Shown: positions 62,301-64,000 of the stretch, one piece after another
Position numbering within the stretch: position 1 is the stretch's first letter
How the letters are laid out: the number at the start of each line of letters is the position of its first letter
DNA from: Amphiscolops sp. MND2022
Lineage: Eukaryota
Direction: 5' to 3'
Length of the DNA: 64,000 nucleotides
Assembly: GCA_964187785.1 (NCBI GenBank)
Contig: OZ076413.1
Location: 46,068,001-46,132,000 of the forward strand
Position numbers and translations under genes: made by a program
Notes under the pieces: model-generated
Told to the model about the DNA's origin: nothing
The model's input: the letters and a program-made list of their open reading frames with translations, nothing else
Database searches by the model: none

Positions 62301-64000
62301 TTAAATTGAAATTGCATGTAATTGACTCGTTTTTGTGAATTGTTCATCTTTAACACATCGTGTGTTTTGAAATGTTGTTTTTCTTGGATAACTCGTTACG
62401 TTTACTTTGTTGGTCTTTCTCAGGGAGTTTCTGGCTGTTGTAATCTCATGAATAAGGAAGTCAGGATATTTTTTCGGTGTAGGGTTTTCGCGTAACCTGT
62501 ACCTACTTTGATTGTTTCTAGAAGGTCTAGAACTCATCCTTTCCTCATCTTCACTTTGCGTGTTTGTCTCTTGTGACTGATTTTCGTGTTGTTCGTCTCT
62601 CAGAGGTACTCTTATCCTACTTTCATCGCGGGGGGGCGGTAGAATAATTTCCTCTTGTGTTCCAAATCTAACTGTAGGTGGTCTAAAGTTGTTGTGGTCA
62701 GTTTCTACTTGCTGATAATCTATTCTCGTGGTTATTTCTGGAGAAATTACTTGTGGACTGTGTCGTTCTTGTACCTGTGGAATTTATTCTTCTGAAGGCT
62801 CTTCTTCGACTAAGTCTTGATCTAGATTGTCATTCTCATTCTGATCTACTTCGTCGGTCGTCGGAATATTCGAGTCGAAAATGTCCGTGTCTTCAACCCT
62901 TTCAGTGTCTGGGTAGAGATGTTTGGACACGTTGATGTCATCAATCGGAAATTCCGGTTTGAACAATCTCAGTCGCATGCGATGTACGCACTGAGTTTGG
63001 TGTGTGCCTACTTTGCGGATGATGTAGTTGCTATCGGATAGCACTTTAATCACCTTGTACGGTCCTTTCCAATGGAAAGTTTTAAACTCTTCTTTGCTTC
63101 TCTGAGAGTCGTACTTAGGATCTAGTAGGAACACAAATTCATTCACCTTCAGTGGCTGTGCTCGTGCTTTTCTATCATAGTACGTTTTGTACTTATGATA
63201 GGCGGAAATGATGTTATCTAGATTGTCTCTGAAGATGAAGTTCATTTTGTCTAGAATTTCGTTCACGTCCTTGCACTTTGTTTCAGCCGGTTTGTTTGCG
63301 TTTCGGAATTGCAGATCTAGTGGGTTGTATGGTGTTCGTCCGTGGAAAATTTCAGTTGGTGAGCATTTCAGTGAATCATGATACGTTGTGTTATGGGCCA
63401 TGATTGCTATGTCGACATAGCGGTCCCATTGTGGTCGGTCTGCGTTTACACTAATTTTAAGGATCTTTTTCAGTTTCGCGTGCGTTCTCTCCACCATGCC
63501 TATTGTCTGTGCGTGCTTTATCGTGGCATGGGAGATGTGAATATCAGCCGCTTTCGCGATTTCAGACAGAAGTTCAGCCGTGAACGCCGTGCCCTTGTCC
63601 GTCAGAATGTGTTTGGGCACATACGCGTGTTTCGTGAAGATCGACAGTAATCCTCTGACTACGGAATGTGTATCAGGTCTCTTCAGCGGAACGGCGAACA
63701 GGTAGCGTGAAAAAACGTCAACAGCCGTCAGAATGTGTGTAAAACCGTTCGACGCCGGGAGTGGACCAACGATGTCTATTTCCAACAGGTCTTCTGGTCC
63801 GTCGCACGGGTCGTAGATTTTTTGTAACGGTGGACGTAGTTGCGTTTCTTTTACACTTTTAGACTTCATGCAGTTTTCACATCCGTCAAGGACTTTTTGA
63901 ACTTTACAGGCTAAGTTAGGAGAGTAATATCTTTTACGAAGTTCATACAACATTTTCTTTAAACCAGGGTGTCCTTGTACCGGGCTGTTATGTAGAGTCC
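62301..64000 (-). pseudogene. pol: Gypsy integrase of C with one premature stop at 62786-62784
   Basis: Motifs HPG...CENC, IDIVGPLP, VDVFSRY, LTDKGTAF, GMVERTH and WKGPYKV. The frame continues after the stop to SRYRLRENPTP...*. Confidence 0.92.

Larger units (their letters stand above)
51705..64000 (-). mobile_element. Ty3/Gypsy LTR retrotransposon C (3' half), more divergent family
   Basis: Integrase at 62301-64000, antisense zinc-finger gene with the same intron positions as A and B, terminal CA at 51705, and an LTR-internal ORF in the same phase as A and B. Confidence 0.8.

Overview
Repeat-rich eukaryotic DNA, most likely from an invertebrate animal (spliceosomal introns, LINE, tRNA-derived SINE-like heads, one 200-N gap). 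The window is dominated by three divergent Ty3/Gypsy LTR retrotransposons: A (1-10223, +, 5' part outside the window), B (36288-51704, -, nearly complete but decayed) and C (51705-64000, -, apparently inserted into B's 5' LTR). All three share an unusual architecture. (1) Between integrase and the 3' LTR sits a large antisense, intron-containing gene with a BED/TTF-like zinc finger and what reads as a catalytically dead hAT-transposase fold. Three intron positions and a 486-nt exon are conserved in all three families. (2) In A and B, a second, sense ORF with a SUMO-interacting-like motif and CxxCxxC lies head-to-head with it. (3) Gag starts 310-586 nt inside the LTR. The window also holds a very young non-autonomous BEL/Pao element with an intact 861-aa ORF, a CR1/L2-type LINE inside an intron of a putative host gene (4 exons reconstructed), two adjacent perfect palindromes and several tandem repeats. 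All family assignments are by-eye motif recognition; no database searches were run.
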